Assembly: GCA_964478235.1 (NCBI GenBank)
Contig: CAYZGX010000005.1
Span: forward strand, 246-64,245
DNA length: 64,000 nt
Direction: 5' to 3'
Source: an uncultured Gammaproteobacteria bacterium
Lineage (GTDB): Bacteria > Patescibacteriota > Patescibacteriia > Magasanikbacterales > GWA2-37-8
A model generated the notes under the pieces. The model saw nothing but the letters and a program-made list of their open reading frames with translations, ran no database searches and was not told where the DNA came from. Both the position numbers and the translations under genes were made by a program. Positions 49,056 to 59,900 of the stretch are shown here, piece after piece. Numbering within the stretch: the first letter of the stretch is position 1; every line of letters begins with the position of its first letter.

Positions 49056-50246
49056 TTACACGATCATATCCCAGACATACTGGGCGACATTATTGGTTTT
49101 ACCAATCAAAGGCATGTGATGCAGATTGATAAACGGCACACCATTACACTCGATAATCCCCCATTTCTGCCCACCTGGATCTTTGGTAACATCGGCAATG
49201 ATGAAGTCAAAACCAATCAACGGGTCGCCAACTACCTTGGCTGCAGCTTCAAGTACCTCTTTGATAGCCGGATGTGTTTCGTCGGTTATTTCATAACTTG
49301 ACCCACCATACGACACTCCAATTTTTTCAGTCATATCAATCGTCGTGCCGGCAGGCAAGACTGTTCCTAACGTATAACCACTACGCGCCAAAAAATCGAG
49401 CGTCACCGGTGTAACCGGAATATCCTTAACTGGCGCAACCTTAAGAGTATTTTTTATCGTCACGAGCTCAGCAATTGTTTTAACTCCATCACCTGTCACT
49501 CGAGGCGGATCACCGCCCAAAACACCGCGCAAACGCCCATCAATCATCGTCCCGCGATAGACACTGCCCACCAAATGTTCCTCCACCACCACCCAATGAC
49601 ATAATTGTTTAGCGATAGTAAACGCTTCTCGAAGTTGATCTTCGGTATAAATAAAGGTTGTAGTATGACGCCCCCGCGAACCCAAGCGAGGCTTCACAAT
49701 CACCGGCTTTGAAGCCGTCGCAAACCAAGCTCGCGCCATTTCAAAATTAGAAAATCCACCACCTTGCGGAGCAGGCAAACCAGCTTCGCGCAGTCGAGTT
49801 TTCAAAATCGCTTTATCGTCCATCCACACGAGCGCTCGATTATCCACCTTTTTTGGACGAGGCAAACCATTAAAGTATAACGTCTTATCGTTTATTTTCG
49901 CTCGATAAAAATCTATCGGTCGCCCCATAAACTCAGCGCCTTCCATCGGTATCCCCCGCCGCTCCGCATCCTCCCAGAGCACATTCGCTCGAGCGATAGT
50001 GCATTTTTTCCTATCAGCATAAAAACGCACCAAGCCAACCAACCGAAACGAATGAAGCATACCATAAAGCACCAGATCAGTAAGCCAATTAAAAAATCGC
50101 CCAAACAACGAAGTGGCGAGAAAATAATTAAATGGTGTCATGACAACTACCAAAGTAGAGTTCACCCACGTGAGCGTGTGTGGTACCGGATTATTTCCGC
50201 AATACAAACATTTAGCTGGCATAAACAATCGGCAAAAGAGATTCAA
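49056..50246 (-). CDS. ATP-grasp ligase (RimK/cyanophycin-synthetase-like) with N-terminal TM segment
   Basis: ATP-grasp blocks VIVKPRLGSRGRHT, EEHLVGSVYRGTMIDG, GFDFIIADVT...IIECNGVPFINLH. Confidence 0.65.
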   Translation of the reverse strand: MNLFCRLFMPAKCLYCGNNPVPHTLTWVNSTLVVVMTPFNYFLATSLFGRFFNWLTDLVLYGMLHSFRLVGLVRFYADRKKCTIARANVLWEDAERRGIPMEGAEFMGRPIDFYRAKINDKTLYFNGLPRPKKVDNRALVWMDDKAILKTRLREAGLPAPQGGGFSNFEMARAWFATASKPVIVKPRLGSRGRHTTTFIYTEDQLREAFTIAKQLCHWVVVEEHLVGSVYRGTMIDGRLRGVLGGDPPRVTGDGVKTIAELVTIKNTLKVAPVKDIPVTPVTLDFLARSGYTLGTVLPAGTTIDMTEKIGVSYGGSSYEITDETHPAIKEVLEAAAKVVGDPLIGFDFIIADVTKDPGGQKWGIIECNGVPFINLHHMPLIGKTNNVAQYVWDMIV

Positions 50247-51615
50247 AAGGCTGAGACGGCAAAACCGGCTTTTCTCCTTGAACGATAGTATAGAACTCAG
50301 GCATCAAATTGTCGAGCGCTACCCCAAGAGGCAAGGTGCGAAGAGCGTCAGACATCGTCCGAGCAGTGGTCTGGTCGCCATACAGCATCAAATCAAGGGC
50401 GGTCGCGAGGACTCGTTCTTCCGTCTTCCCACCCGCTATATAACAAGCTATATCAGAGCTCAAAAAGTCAGCCCGCACGCTAGTCACTACCGTATCAAAG
50501 CATCCCATTTCAGCAAGAAGCGCTGACCAGGCGTCGCGCAATTCTGGCAAGTAATCAACTTGGCTAAACCCGCCGCCACAGGTGAGACCATAATAAAAAC
50601 TAAGGACAATAAACGACAGCGCCATGCTCGGCATCAAGACACCGGCTTGGAGCGCTTCGCCGACGGCTTCGGGCGTGAGCGCAACTTCCACCGTACCATC
50701 ATGCGACACTAGCTGACCATCTTTGATGATCAGTGGAATACGAAGAGTTTTGTATAACCCCCAAAACAAATACGTCCCCCGCTGAGTGAGCGAGGTAAAC
50801 GAGCCCACCAACCCGTCAAAATGACGAACAAAGGCATCGCGCCACAGAGGGTTAAACAGTAATTCAAAAATAACTGTCGGCGTTTGCAAATGAAAAGAAA
50901 CAATCAGATCAGCCACCATTCGCTCCTGAGGAATATAGAGCATATTAGTGGACTGTTCGCCCGGCACTTGTTTCCACAAAATATAATTAACCAAACTTAA
51001 TTGATCGGCAAACGACCCTTGCATCACCACTGCTGGAGAAGCAAACACTCGCTCCAGCGCATACGACGGCGCCGAAGGTAGCAACGCTTCACATTCTAAA
51101 GTAAATCGCTCCAAATCATCCAAGGTATACGGAAACAAGCCATACACCGACCCAGCGCGATATTTCCACGGCAAAACATGCGCCCGAGATTCTTCGAGCG
51201 TCGCCGTATGCCAAAAAACACCACGGGGAAACGAGGAATTATTCAAAGAGATACTAGCGCAAGAAAAAACAATCACGTTATTACATCCGCGCGACCGATT
51301 CACCAGCGCTTGCGCAGTAGAACCACTCACCACAAAGGGATGGCACACTGGGGCATGGTGTTCGGCTGTAGAAACATACCACTGCTCCTCGAGCTGAAGT
51401 GCTGCTTCGCGCGCCACCGACGAGCCAAACAAACGAGTCGCCTCATGTTCAAAAACCGATAACAATTCCTGCTTTCGCTCTTTTGGGACAACAGTCGGCG
51501 CTGACCAGGCACTATCAAAATACGAAAAAACGCTCATGTCACCATGTTCACGAATAATCTTTTTAAGCCCCGGCTTATGTACCAAGACCACGCGCCGTAC
51601 TTCGTCGAGTGTCAT
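50212..51615 (-). CDS. hypothetical 467-aa protein, translationally coupled to the ATP-grasp gene
   Basis: Long ORF with no recognisable motif; its 3' end overlaps the ATP-grasp ORF start by 35 nt. Confidence 0.5.
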   Translation of the reverse strand: MTLDEVRRVVLVHKPGLKKIIREHGDMSVFSYFDSAWSAPTVVPKERKQELLSVFEHEATRLFGSSVAREAALQLEEQWYVSTAEHHAPVCHPFVVSGSTAQALVNRSRGCNNVIVFSCASISLNNSSFPRGVFWHTATLEESRAHVLPWKYRAGSVYGLFPYTLDDLERFTLECEALLPSAPSYALERVFASPAVVMQGSFADQLSLVNYILWKQVPGEQSTNMLYIPQERMVADLIVSFHLQTPTVIFELLFNPLWRDAFVRHFDGLVGSFTSLTQRGTYLFWGLYKTLRIPLIIKDGQLVSHDGTVEVALTPEAVGEALQAGVLMPSMALSFIVLSFYYGLTCGGGFSQVDYLPELRDAWSALLAEMGCFDTVVTSVRADFLSSDIACYIAGGKTEERVLATALDLMLYGDQTTARTMSDALRTLPLGVALDNLMPEFYTIVQGEKPVLPSQPFESLLPIVYAS

Positions 51616-51629
51616 AGGCTACGCTAGTA

Positions 51630-52976
51630 TTATCTAAACGAAGAGATAAAATCATGAACGCGGGTATCGAGCCAAACATGCTCTGGACCAACTGGGCGTT
51701 TGAGTACCAAGCCCTCAAGCGATGTGGCACGAGACAGTGCAACATATAATTGCCCCGGAGAAAATGTCCCTCGCCCGATATCCACAATCACATTATCAAA
51801 CGTTTTACCCTGACTTTTATGAATCGTAATCGCCCAGGCCAAACGCATTGGGTATTGAGTAAACGATCCCACCGATTCTGATTCAATCTTGCCAAGATCG
51901 CGATTAAAACTAAACGAGTAAATATCCCATTGATGACGCGTCACTCGGACCGTCTCCCCTGTTTCGAGCTCCACCGACAAAATCTGTGGTGCTCGTTTAT
52001 CTGTTGTATCATCTTCCACACTCTTAATCACCCCAACCGTGCCATTAATCCAGCGCCCCGATACATCATTGTTAAGCATCATAACCTGCGCCCCCACCTT
52101 AAGATGAAGTTCGCTCTCTGTTGGTAAATATTTAGCGTCAAATGTCCCCTGTGTATCCCCGCGATATACCAGCTCCTGACCTTTGAGCCGAGCCAGTGCT
52201 TCGTAGTTAATTTCATCAGCCGCTTTGTTGGTGGTGGTGAGTGTTACGTACACATTATTTTTCGGCGGAACAAACGATCTATCCAAACGCTTGTTAAGAG
52301 CCGTATACACACTTTGGTCAGCTGTGTTGGTTCGGACAGCGTTAAGTAGGGCAATAAAAGCGGCATCACGTTGACGATACACTTTTTCTAATTCCACACA
52401 CTCCATTTTGAGCGGATCAACTGCAAATAAATCACGCTTCTTCGGACTAATCGCATGCGCTGAGAAAAAATACGGACTTTCATAATGCTCACGAAACGCC
52501 GACGATTCATCGTTGGTAGTCACCGGTGGCAACTGATAGAGGTCGCCGATAAAAATCATTTGCACTCCACCAAATACCATCCCCTTCTTTGGACCATGTA
52601 GGCGCAAAAAAGTATCAACACAATCAAGCACATCAGCTCTGACCATGGAGATTTCATCAATCACGATAGCTTGTAATTTTCGATAGAGCTCATCGCGCCC
52701 ACCCACTTTAATCTTGCGCACTTTTTCCACGGTAATATCTGGTTTGAAACGAAAAAATGAGTGGATAGTTTGTCCAGCAATATTCACCGCCGCCACCCCC
52801 GTTGGAGCGAGGAGAACGACATTTTTTACCGTATGTTTTTTAAAATGATTGAGAAGCGTGGATTTCCCTGTGCCAGCTCGCCCCGTGACAAACACATGTT
52901 TAGTAGTGTTTTCCATGAGATGCAGGGCCTCTTGAAAAGCCTCGTTCAGATCAACAGTCGTTTTGAGTCGTGCCAT
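51630..52976 (-). CDS. PIF1/RecD-family SF1 DNA helicase
   Basis: Walker A GRAGTGKST, LAPTGVAA, VIDEISMV, QLPPV, C-terminal ALSRA motif characteristic of Pif1-like helicases. Confidence 0.8.
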   Translation of the reverse strand: MARLKTTVDLNEAFQEALHLMENTTKHVFVTGRAGTGKSTLLNHFKKHTVKNVVLLAPTGVAAVNIAGQTIHSFFRFKPDITVEKVRKIKVGGRDELYRKLQAIVIDEISMVRADVLDCVDTFLRLHGPKKGMVFGGVQMIFIGDLYQLPPVTTNDESSAFREHYESPYFFSAHAISPKKRDLFAVDPLKMECVELEKVYRQRDAAFIALLNAVRTNTADQSVYTALNKRLDRSFVPPKNNVYVTLTTTNKAADEINYEALARLKGQELVYRGDTQGTFDAKYLPTESELHLKVGAQVMMLNNDVSGRWINGTVGVIKSVEDDTTDKRAPQILSVELETGETVRVTRHQWDIYSFSFNRDLGKIESESVGSFTQYPMRLAWAITIHKSQGKTFDNVIVDIGRGTFSPGQLYVALSRATSLEGLVLKRPVGPEHVWLDTRVHDFISSFR

Positions 52977-53002
52977 ATCGTTCCACTATACACTAAGTAT
53001 TC

Positions 53003-53257
53003 TTAATCGCCAAACAGGGCTTCTTTTTCTGCTCGACGCAGGCGCTTTATAGCCACCTCCCGTTTCAAAGCCCCCGAGCGAGTGGCAAATTTCTGAGAAT
53101 AGACGAGAGTCACCGGTCGACGAGCGCGGGTATACTTCGCCCCTCGTGACGACGTGTTGTGGGCGACCACACGACTAGCTATATCAGTGGTAAAACCAGT
53201 ATACAGCGTTCCATCGTGACAACGCACAATGTACACATAAAAGACTTTTTTAGACAT
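53003..53257 (-). CDS. GIY-YIG nuclease domain protein (UPF0213-like)
   Basis: FYVYIVRCHDGTLYTGFTTDIASRVVAHN...AKYTRARRP...LVY matches the GIY-YIG consensus. Confidence 0.8.
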   Translation of the reverse strand: MSKKVFYVYIVRCHDGTLYTGFTTDIASRVVAHNTSSRGAKYTRARRPVTLVYSQKFATRSGALKREVAIKRLRRAEKEALFGD

Positions 53258-53262
53258 ACCCA

Positions 53263-53460
53263 CTACCTCTTCAAAAGCTCCATAATAAACGCTCTCGTCC
53301 CCGCAGCAAATTTACCGGTCCCTTTGGTGAGGCCAAGCGGGGTGAGAATTGACTTAGCGTTCGCTTCTTGGAAGCGAATAAGGGCGAGTCGAGTGGCCGA
53401 GCCAAAATAGTTAGTTTCTTTACCTGGTGACCCTGGGCCAGATTTAGCGACGGTGAAACC
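53263..53460. repeat. about 200-bp segment near-identical (about 3 mismatches) to 56919-57116 (3' ends of the two giant genes)
   Basis: Direct comparison of the two sequences; divergence rises sharply further upstream. Confidence 0.85.
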
Positions 53461-56400
53461 AAGAGCGTTTAACACTCGCTGCAACAATCGAACCTGGGTG
53501 TCATTCATACCGAGCTGCAATACTTTGGTGAGACGAGCGGTGCCAAGAGCCTGCTTGAGAGCGTTAATCGACAGAGTTTGAATGGAGGGTACCAAAGGAA
53601 CAACTGGTTTAGCCATCGTTGAGGTTGCAGGGGATGTTGAAGTAGCTGGAGTAATAATTTGCACCGTTGTCGTTGTGGTCGGAACAAAAACCTCTTGGTC
53701 AGAATAGCCAACAAGAGGTGGACTTGAACCGCCATAGGACGGAGTTGCAACAGTCGTCGCCGAAGGAGGAACGAAAGACAATGTCACGTTGCTTAGAACT
53801 GGACTTGTAACCCCACTCGAAGAAGTTAAATAGGCTTTATACTGAACAAATTGATCGTCAACACCATCAGTAAAAGCTGAATTAAGCACTTCTCCACCAG
53901 AAGTAACAAAATACGTTGAGGTGGTATTATCTGGGCCAACCCATTCAGCAGCATCCAATGTGGTAGTAGTATTCCCCGTTCTAATCTGAAAACGAACCGT
54001 CGTGCTAGTTGAGGTGGCCGCCGTCCATTCCAAGCTATCTATAACACTTGCCGAATTACTACTGTCGTAGACCGAAGAGATTAATGTGCCAGACGAAGTG
54101 TACGACACAAAATTAAAAGTGAGATTCTTTAATTGTGGTGATTTGGTTGTGTCAGAAGTAGACAAAAATGCTTTATACTTTACATACTTTGCAGCCGTAG
54201 TCAGCCCCTCAGCCAAAGTTGAAGAACCGGTTGTAAAATAGGTACTCGCTGTTCCGTCAGTTCCAAAAAAACTTGAGTAACTAACATTGTCTGTTGATGT
54301 GGCGATCTGTAAACGAAGAGAGTCACTACCAATAGATCTAGGCGTTGAAGATGACCAGCTGAAACTGTACGGTCGAGTACCGTCAAAAGAAAAAGGGGCT
54401 GAAGTAAAATTACCAGAAGACTGATACGTTTTTTGATTAATGACGTATTTAATGTAGGCAGTACTTGTATTGCTGGTATACAGATGATAGTAAAAAGAAC
54501 TATGATCTGCATCGGGTATAAGGTACCCGCACGCCCCAGTAGGAAAAGGCATCTGCGGTAACACTTGCCAAGCAGAAGAGGTCTCAGATAGTGGGTGTCT
54601 CCAAAAACCGGTGGCCGCACTAGTACCTTGAACAACATACGCAAACCCATCAAGAATAGTGAGGGAGGCACAGGAACTGAGCGTGCCAGGCAGAGTTGAA
54701 AATGTATCCCAAGCACTCGATGTGTTAGCCAACGTATGGCGATAAAACGCCGTACCCCCATTACGCATAACATACAAATAGTCATCATCAATGCCCATAT
54801 ATTTGTTACCAACAAAAGTAAAGATATTTGCTGGAGTATTAGCTAGTGATTCCCATGGAGTTGAGGTGTTGGTCAACACATGACGATAGGTACTCGACGT
54901 ATTTCCACCACGCAGTACGTAAACATGATCATTGCTAAAAGAAATAGACGCAGCATTACCAACAGCTGCTGGTAAATCAACAAAAACATCCCATGGAGAA
55001 GAGGTGCTGTTGATATCGCGTCGATACAAACTTTTTGCAGAACCAACTGCTCCAGGAAGATAGTAGAAATAGCCATCTCGTATTTCCGCTGAGCCGTATT
55101 GCCCTGTAGTTGTTGGTAGAGTAATGTAAGATTCCCAAGCACTCGACGTATTGGCTTTAGTATGCCGATACAGGGCGTCAGCTCGTAGTGCTGCTAAAAA
55201 ATAAACATAATTATCGTCACTTAAAATAGCCACACCGTTGCTAACGGTAGCAACTGTTGTGGGAAATCCACTAGTTGTTGTAATAGTGGCAAAAATTTCC
55301 CAAGGGGTTGAAGTAAGAGCGTAGTCGCGCCGATAAAACTGAGAGCTGCTCGCACCAGCATACATATAGTGATCATCAACATGAAAAGAGATGCCGGATA
55401 AAAAAGGAAGGTTCTGGATAAAATGATTATCTAGCCCACCAATCCAATTACTTGAAGTGTTGGTGAGCACATGTCGATACATAGCGGTATTACCACCGCC
55501 TTGTATAACATGAATAAATGAATCATCAACTGCCAAAGCAGCGCCTGCTCCCGGCGTTGCAGGAAGTGAAGAAAAGAGCTCCCAAGCCGTAGATGTTTCT
55601 GACAAAGTATGTCTAAGAAATTGCGCAGCACCGCTGCGTAACATGTAAATATAATTAGCATCGACAGCAATAGCCCCACCAGCCGAAAGACCATACGGCG
55701 TAGTGGAAGCAAAAAAATCCCAAGGTGTTGAGGTATTGCTTAATTCGTGACGATATGTGGTCGTAGCAAAGCCAGTGGTCGTACCGAGAAGAATATATAT
55801 ATAATTAGCATCAATCGCAGCCGTACTTCCCGTTGTAACAATTTTAGGTAGCACCGCAAAAGGTTCCCAAGCGGTCGATGTTGCCGACGTTGTGTGACGA
55901 TACGACGTAGTCGCATTACCTGTAAACACATACACATAGTTAGAATCGGCCAACAATTGACCGCCAGTACTAACGCTGGCTGGCAATACAGTAAATGATT
56001 CCCACGATGTAGAAGTATTGGCCAGAGTGTGGCGATAAAATGCTGTACTACTTCCTCGTAAAACATAGAGGTATTGACTGTCAATTGCCAGGCCAGTTCC
56101 AGTACCTGTCGCCCCAGGCAGAGCTGTAAATGATTGCCATCCAGCCGAAGTATTAGTTATCGAATGACGGTAGACATCGGTACTAGTACCACGTAATACA
56201 TACAAATAATCTGAATCAATTGCCAAAAAGACGGTCGAACCAACTGTTGCTGGTAAATCAGAATACGAAACCCAGGTATTATTAGTTGTATCGAAACGAC
56301 TCATCTTACCAACAAAGCTGGTGCTGGTTGAGTGTAGTACGTACACATACGTACCCGTGACCGCCATATCACTAATACCAACCGTGCCAGGGATTGGCGG

Positions 56401-56811
56401 ATAGGGAACTTCAAAAGCATCAACCTGCACTTCAGTAGTCGTAGCGAGAGAAATAAAACCAGTGGCATTCAAATTAGAATACCGTAATTGCAACTGACTA
56501 AGTGTACCATTCAAAAAACCACCGCCTGTCACCACGCCAGACAAAGTTGAAGTAACATCATCAACAGCAGGAAAATAAGACGCTGAAAGACGCAAATTTC
56601 CAATATTTCCAAAATCTATATTCGTTGAAGTTGAAAAATACAACCACCCCGTCCGATCACCCGGATCAACTGCTGCCGTCGAAGTTGTGTCCCCACTCCA
56701 ATCAGCTTGATAAAATGCCACTGAAGTAGCGGCATAAACAATTTGTTGAACAGAGACAAAAAAAGCTAAAAAAGAGAGGAGACCTAATAAAAAAACACGA
56801 GGAAAAGACAT
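53263..56811 (-). CDS. giant secreted/anchored Kelch-like-repeat surface protein with C-terminal peptidoglycan-binding (PG_binding_1-like) domain
   Basis: 1182 aa. N-terminal signal/TM. More than 16 copies of an approximately 46-aa unit (YLYVLRG-x-ST-x-YRH-x-L-x-NTS-x-W-E/D-x-F-x-x-LP-x-G-x-A-x-D) resembling divergent Kelch blades. Two jelly-roll-like middle modules. Thr/Pro linker. C-terminal VLQLGMNDTQVRLLQRVLNALGF...GKETNYFGSATRLALIRFQEANA. Confidence 0.85.
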   Translation of the reverse strand: MSFPRVFLLGLLSFLAFFVSVQQIVYAATSVAFYQADWSGDTTSTAAVDPGDRTGWLYFSTSTNIDFGNIGNLRLSASYFPAVDDVTSTLSGVVTGGGFLNGTLSQLQLRYSNLNATGFISLATTTEVQVDAFEVPYPPIPGTVGISDMAVTGTYVYVLHSTSTSFVGKMSRFDTTNNTWVSYSDLPATVGSTVFLAIDSDYLYVLRGTSTDVYRHSITNTSAGWQSFTALPGATGTGTGLAIDSQYLYVLRGSSTAFYRHTLANTSTSWESFTVLPASVSTGGQLLADSNYVYVFTGNATTSYRHTTSATSTAWEPFAVLPKIVTTGSTAAIDANYIYILLGTTTGFATTTYRHELSNTSTPWDFFASTTPYGLSAGGAIAVDANYIYMLRSGAAQFLRHTLSETSTAWELFSSLPATPGAGAALAVDDSFIHVIQGGGNTAMYRHVLTNTSSNWIGGLDNHFIQNLPFLSGISFHVDDHYMYAGASSSQFYRRDYALTSTPWEIFATITTTSGFPTTVATVSNGVAILSDDNYVYFLAALRADALYRHTKANTSSAWESYITLPTTTGQYGSAEIRDGYFYYLPGAVGSAKSLYRRDINSTSSPWDVFVDLPAAVGNAASISFSNDHVYVLRGGNTSSTYRHVLTNTSTPWESLANTPANIFTFVGNKYMGIDDDYLYVMRNGGTAFYRHTLANTSSAWDTFSTLPGTLSSCASLTILDGFAYVVQGTSAATGFWRHPLSETSSAWQVLPQMPFPTGACGYLIPDADHSSFYYHLYTSNTSTAYIKYVINQKTYQSSGNFTSAPFSFDGTRPYSFSWSSSTPRSIGSDSLRLQIATSTDNVSYSSFFGTDGTASTYFTTGSSTLAEGLTTAAKYVKYKAFLSTSDTTKSPQLKNLTFNFVSYTSSGTLISSVYDSSNSASVIDSLEWTAATSTSTTVRFQIRTGNTTTTLDAAEWVGPDNTTSTYFVTSGGEVLNSAFTDGVDDQFVQYKAYLTSSSGVTSPVLSNVTLSFVPPSATTVATPSYGGSSPPLVGYSDQEVFVPTTTTTVQIITPATSTSPATSTMAKPVVPLVPSIQTLSINALKQALGTARLTKVLQLGMNDTQVRLLQRVLNALGFTVAKSGPGSPGKETNYFGSATRLALIRFQEANAKSILTPLGLTKGTGKFAAGTRAFIMELLKR

Positions 56812-56817
56812 AGTAGA

Positions 56818-56827
56818 GGGGGGGGGG
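56818..56827. repeat. homopolymeric G10 (C10 on coding strand) tract 6 nt upstream of the giant-protein-1 start codon
   Basis: Read directly: ...CCTG-C10-TCTACT-ATG on the minus strand. Confidence 0.9.
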
Positions 56828-56915
56828 CAGGAACAACCAGAAAAATAAAAATCGCTTACTTATTTTATCAAAAATAATGGGAAGAAGCAATTGGTCAAGA
56901 TTTTTAAACTAAACG

Positions 56916-59900
56916 CTAGCGCCGAAGCAAGTCCATAATAAACGCTCTCGTCCCCGCAGCAAATTTACCGGTCCCTTTGGTGAGGCCAAGCGGGGTGAGA
57001 ATTGACTTAGCGTTCGCTTCTTGGAAGCGAATGAGGGCGAGTCGAGTAGCCGAGCCAAAATAGTTAGTTTCTTTACCAGGTGACCCTGGGCCAGATTTAG
57101 CGACGGTGAAACCAAGAGCGTTCAGAGCGCGCTGGAGAAGGCGGACTTGTGAATCCACAGTGCCCGTTTGAAGAACTTTAGTGAGGCGAGCAGTGCCGAG
57201 GGCTTGTTTGAGAGCGACGACGGGTGCGAGGGCTACCCCTGGCGATGTAGGTTGAGTTGGGATAACTGGTGCGACTTCTGGTAAGACTGGTGACACAACT
57301 GGTTCAGTGGTTGTTGGGGCTACCGGTAGTGTTGAAGTGGCAGGGGTAGTGGTTGGAGCGACGACTACCACGGTAGTCGTCGGCGTAGAGACAGCTGCCT
57401 CAAGATCTGAGTAGCCAATCAAAGGCGGGCTTGAACCGCCGTATACTGGAGCTGAATTGTTCGGAGGAATAAACGACAGAGCAACATCACTCAAAACAGG
57501 ACTCGTCGCTCCACTTGAAGAAAAGAGAGCTTTGTACTGTACAAATTGATCGCCAGCCCCGTCGGTAAATGCTGAATTAAGTGTTTCACTACCCGAAGTA
57601 GAAAAATACGTTGAAGAAGTATTGTCTGGACCAACCCATTCAGCCGCGTCCAAAGTTATTGTGCTATCCCCTGTTCGAATTTGAAAACGAAGGGTGGCGC
57701 TCGCTGAGGTAGTGCCTGTCCACTCTAAACCAGAAATCTTACTTCCAGAATCATTACTATTATACACTGACGAAATAAGCGTACCGCTCGCCGAATAGGC
57801 CGAATAATTAAAGGTAATATCTTCTAAACGCGGAGAAAAATCAGTATTATCAGTGCTCAAATACGCTTTGTATTTAAGATATTGTGTAGGGGCAGTTATT
57901 GCGCCGGTCAAAGTTGTCGACCCGGTCGTAAAATAAGTACCAACTGTCCCGTCGGGGCCAAAATAACTGGAATAAGTACTATTATCTGACGAAGTAGCTA
58001 TTTGTAAACGAAGCGCTGAGCTTCCGGTGACAACCGGAGTTGAAGATGACCAGCGAACACTCTCAAGACGAGCTGCGCCAAGTGACAAAGCGGGTGAAGT
58101 AAAATCACCAGAAGAAGAATAAACTAAATCATTAACAACAAATCTAAATATTAAATCAGACGAGCTACCACAAATAAGATAAATAATATCTTTATCCTGC
58201 GAAAAAACCATACCACCACCATTACTCACACTGCATGGTTGAGCTTGAAGAACCTCCCAAGCAGTAGAGGTGCTCGCCAGAGTATGTCGCCAAAAACCAA
58301 CCCCCGAACTATTCCCTTGTAACACATACGCATAAGTATCGGTCAGAAGAACAGTCGCTCGAGAAGCAGTGTTACCCGGCATAGCAGTAAACGATTCCCA
58401 AGCACTAGAAGTGTTAGAAAGCACATGCCGATAAAACCCCGTACTCCCACCTTGTACAACATACAAATGAGTATCGTTTATAGCCATCAACGAATTTGAT
58501 CCAGCGGCGACAGAAACATTTCCTGGCAAATTAGTGAAAGTATCCCACGCCGTGGAAGTGGAATTAAGAGCGTGGCGGTAGGTGCTTGAAGTAGAGCCAC
58601 CGCGCACCACATACACATAGTCGTTATCAAAAACAAACGAAGCTCCTCCGCCCATAGCAGCGGGCAGTGCCGTAAATGACTCCCACGCAGACGAAGTTAC
58701 CGCCGAAAGATGGCGGTACAACCCAGTTTTTTCAGCTGTATTTCCTTGAAGGAAATAAAGGTAATCACCGTTAACAGCTATTGAGGCGGTTGACCCTGTT
58801 GAAGTTGGAGCTGCAGCATACGAATCCCACGAAGATGTCGGTGTAGCCGACAAAGATCGACGATAAAAACCGGTTGTCGACCCAAGCATGGCATAGGCAA
58901 AATTTTCATCAACAACCAACGAAGTTCCATTGCCCAAGGTAGCGGCCGGCGCTGTTGAAGACGCCCAAGCCGAAGTCGTACTTATCAAATCATGCCGAAA
59001 AAATCCTATTGCCGGAGAAGAACCAGCTAATACATACAAATTGTTTTTATTAATAGAAAAGGTAGGCAAAGCACCGCCACCAACAAGAGCGGGCAGTGGG
59101 GGGAAATTTGGCGATGTTGACCCAATCCAAGCGCTTGATGTGTCAGATATAGCATGTCTCGCTATACTTGTTGGATATGCAAATACATGCAAAAAATCAG
59201 TGCCAAGAGATAAGCCAGCGGCTGTAGAAGAAAACGCCACGGTAGATGTTATTGTATCCCAAGCGCTTGAAGTATTAGCTGTGGTATGGCGATATACCTG
59301 AGCCGCTGAGCCACGGGAGAAAAATAAATAATTAGCATTAACCTCCAAACCACTGACAGTGGCGGCAGCGGCCGGAAGTGTTGTAAACGCCTCCCAAGCT
59401 GAAGATGTATTTGTTAAATCATGACGCAAAGTTGTAGTTCCCGCTCCACCAGCTGCCGTGCTAGCAATAACATACAAATAATTAGCATCGAGAGCTGCCT
59501 GCGAACCAGAAGTCACTACATACGGTAAATTAGTGAAAGCTTCCCACGAAGTAGAAGTGCTTGTTTTTGAATGACGATAGGTTGTGCTAACACTATTGCC
59601 CGGAAGAACATACAGATAATTGGCATCGACCAATAATTTACCCCCACTACTCAATGTCGAAGGAAGAACTGTAAATGAATCCCATGAAGCCGAGGTATTT
59701 GAAACAGCATGACGATAAATATTTGTACTAGAACCACGAGCTACATAGAGATAAGTTTCATCGACAACTACAGCAGCGGCTGTCCCAACTGAGCCGGGCA
59801 GCGCAGTGAACGACTCCCACCCTGCCAAAGTATTAGAAATAGCATGACGATAAAAACTCGTACCAGTACCTAGCAACAGATAGATATAAGTGTCATCAAT

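Noticed and set aside
53505-56084. Multiple 60-200-aa ORFs inside the giant repeat genes
   Set aside because: Alternative-frame artefacts of the repetitive, compositionally biased giant CDS
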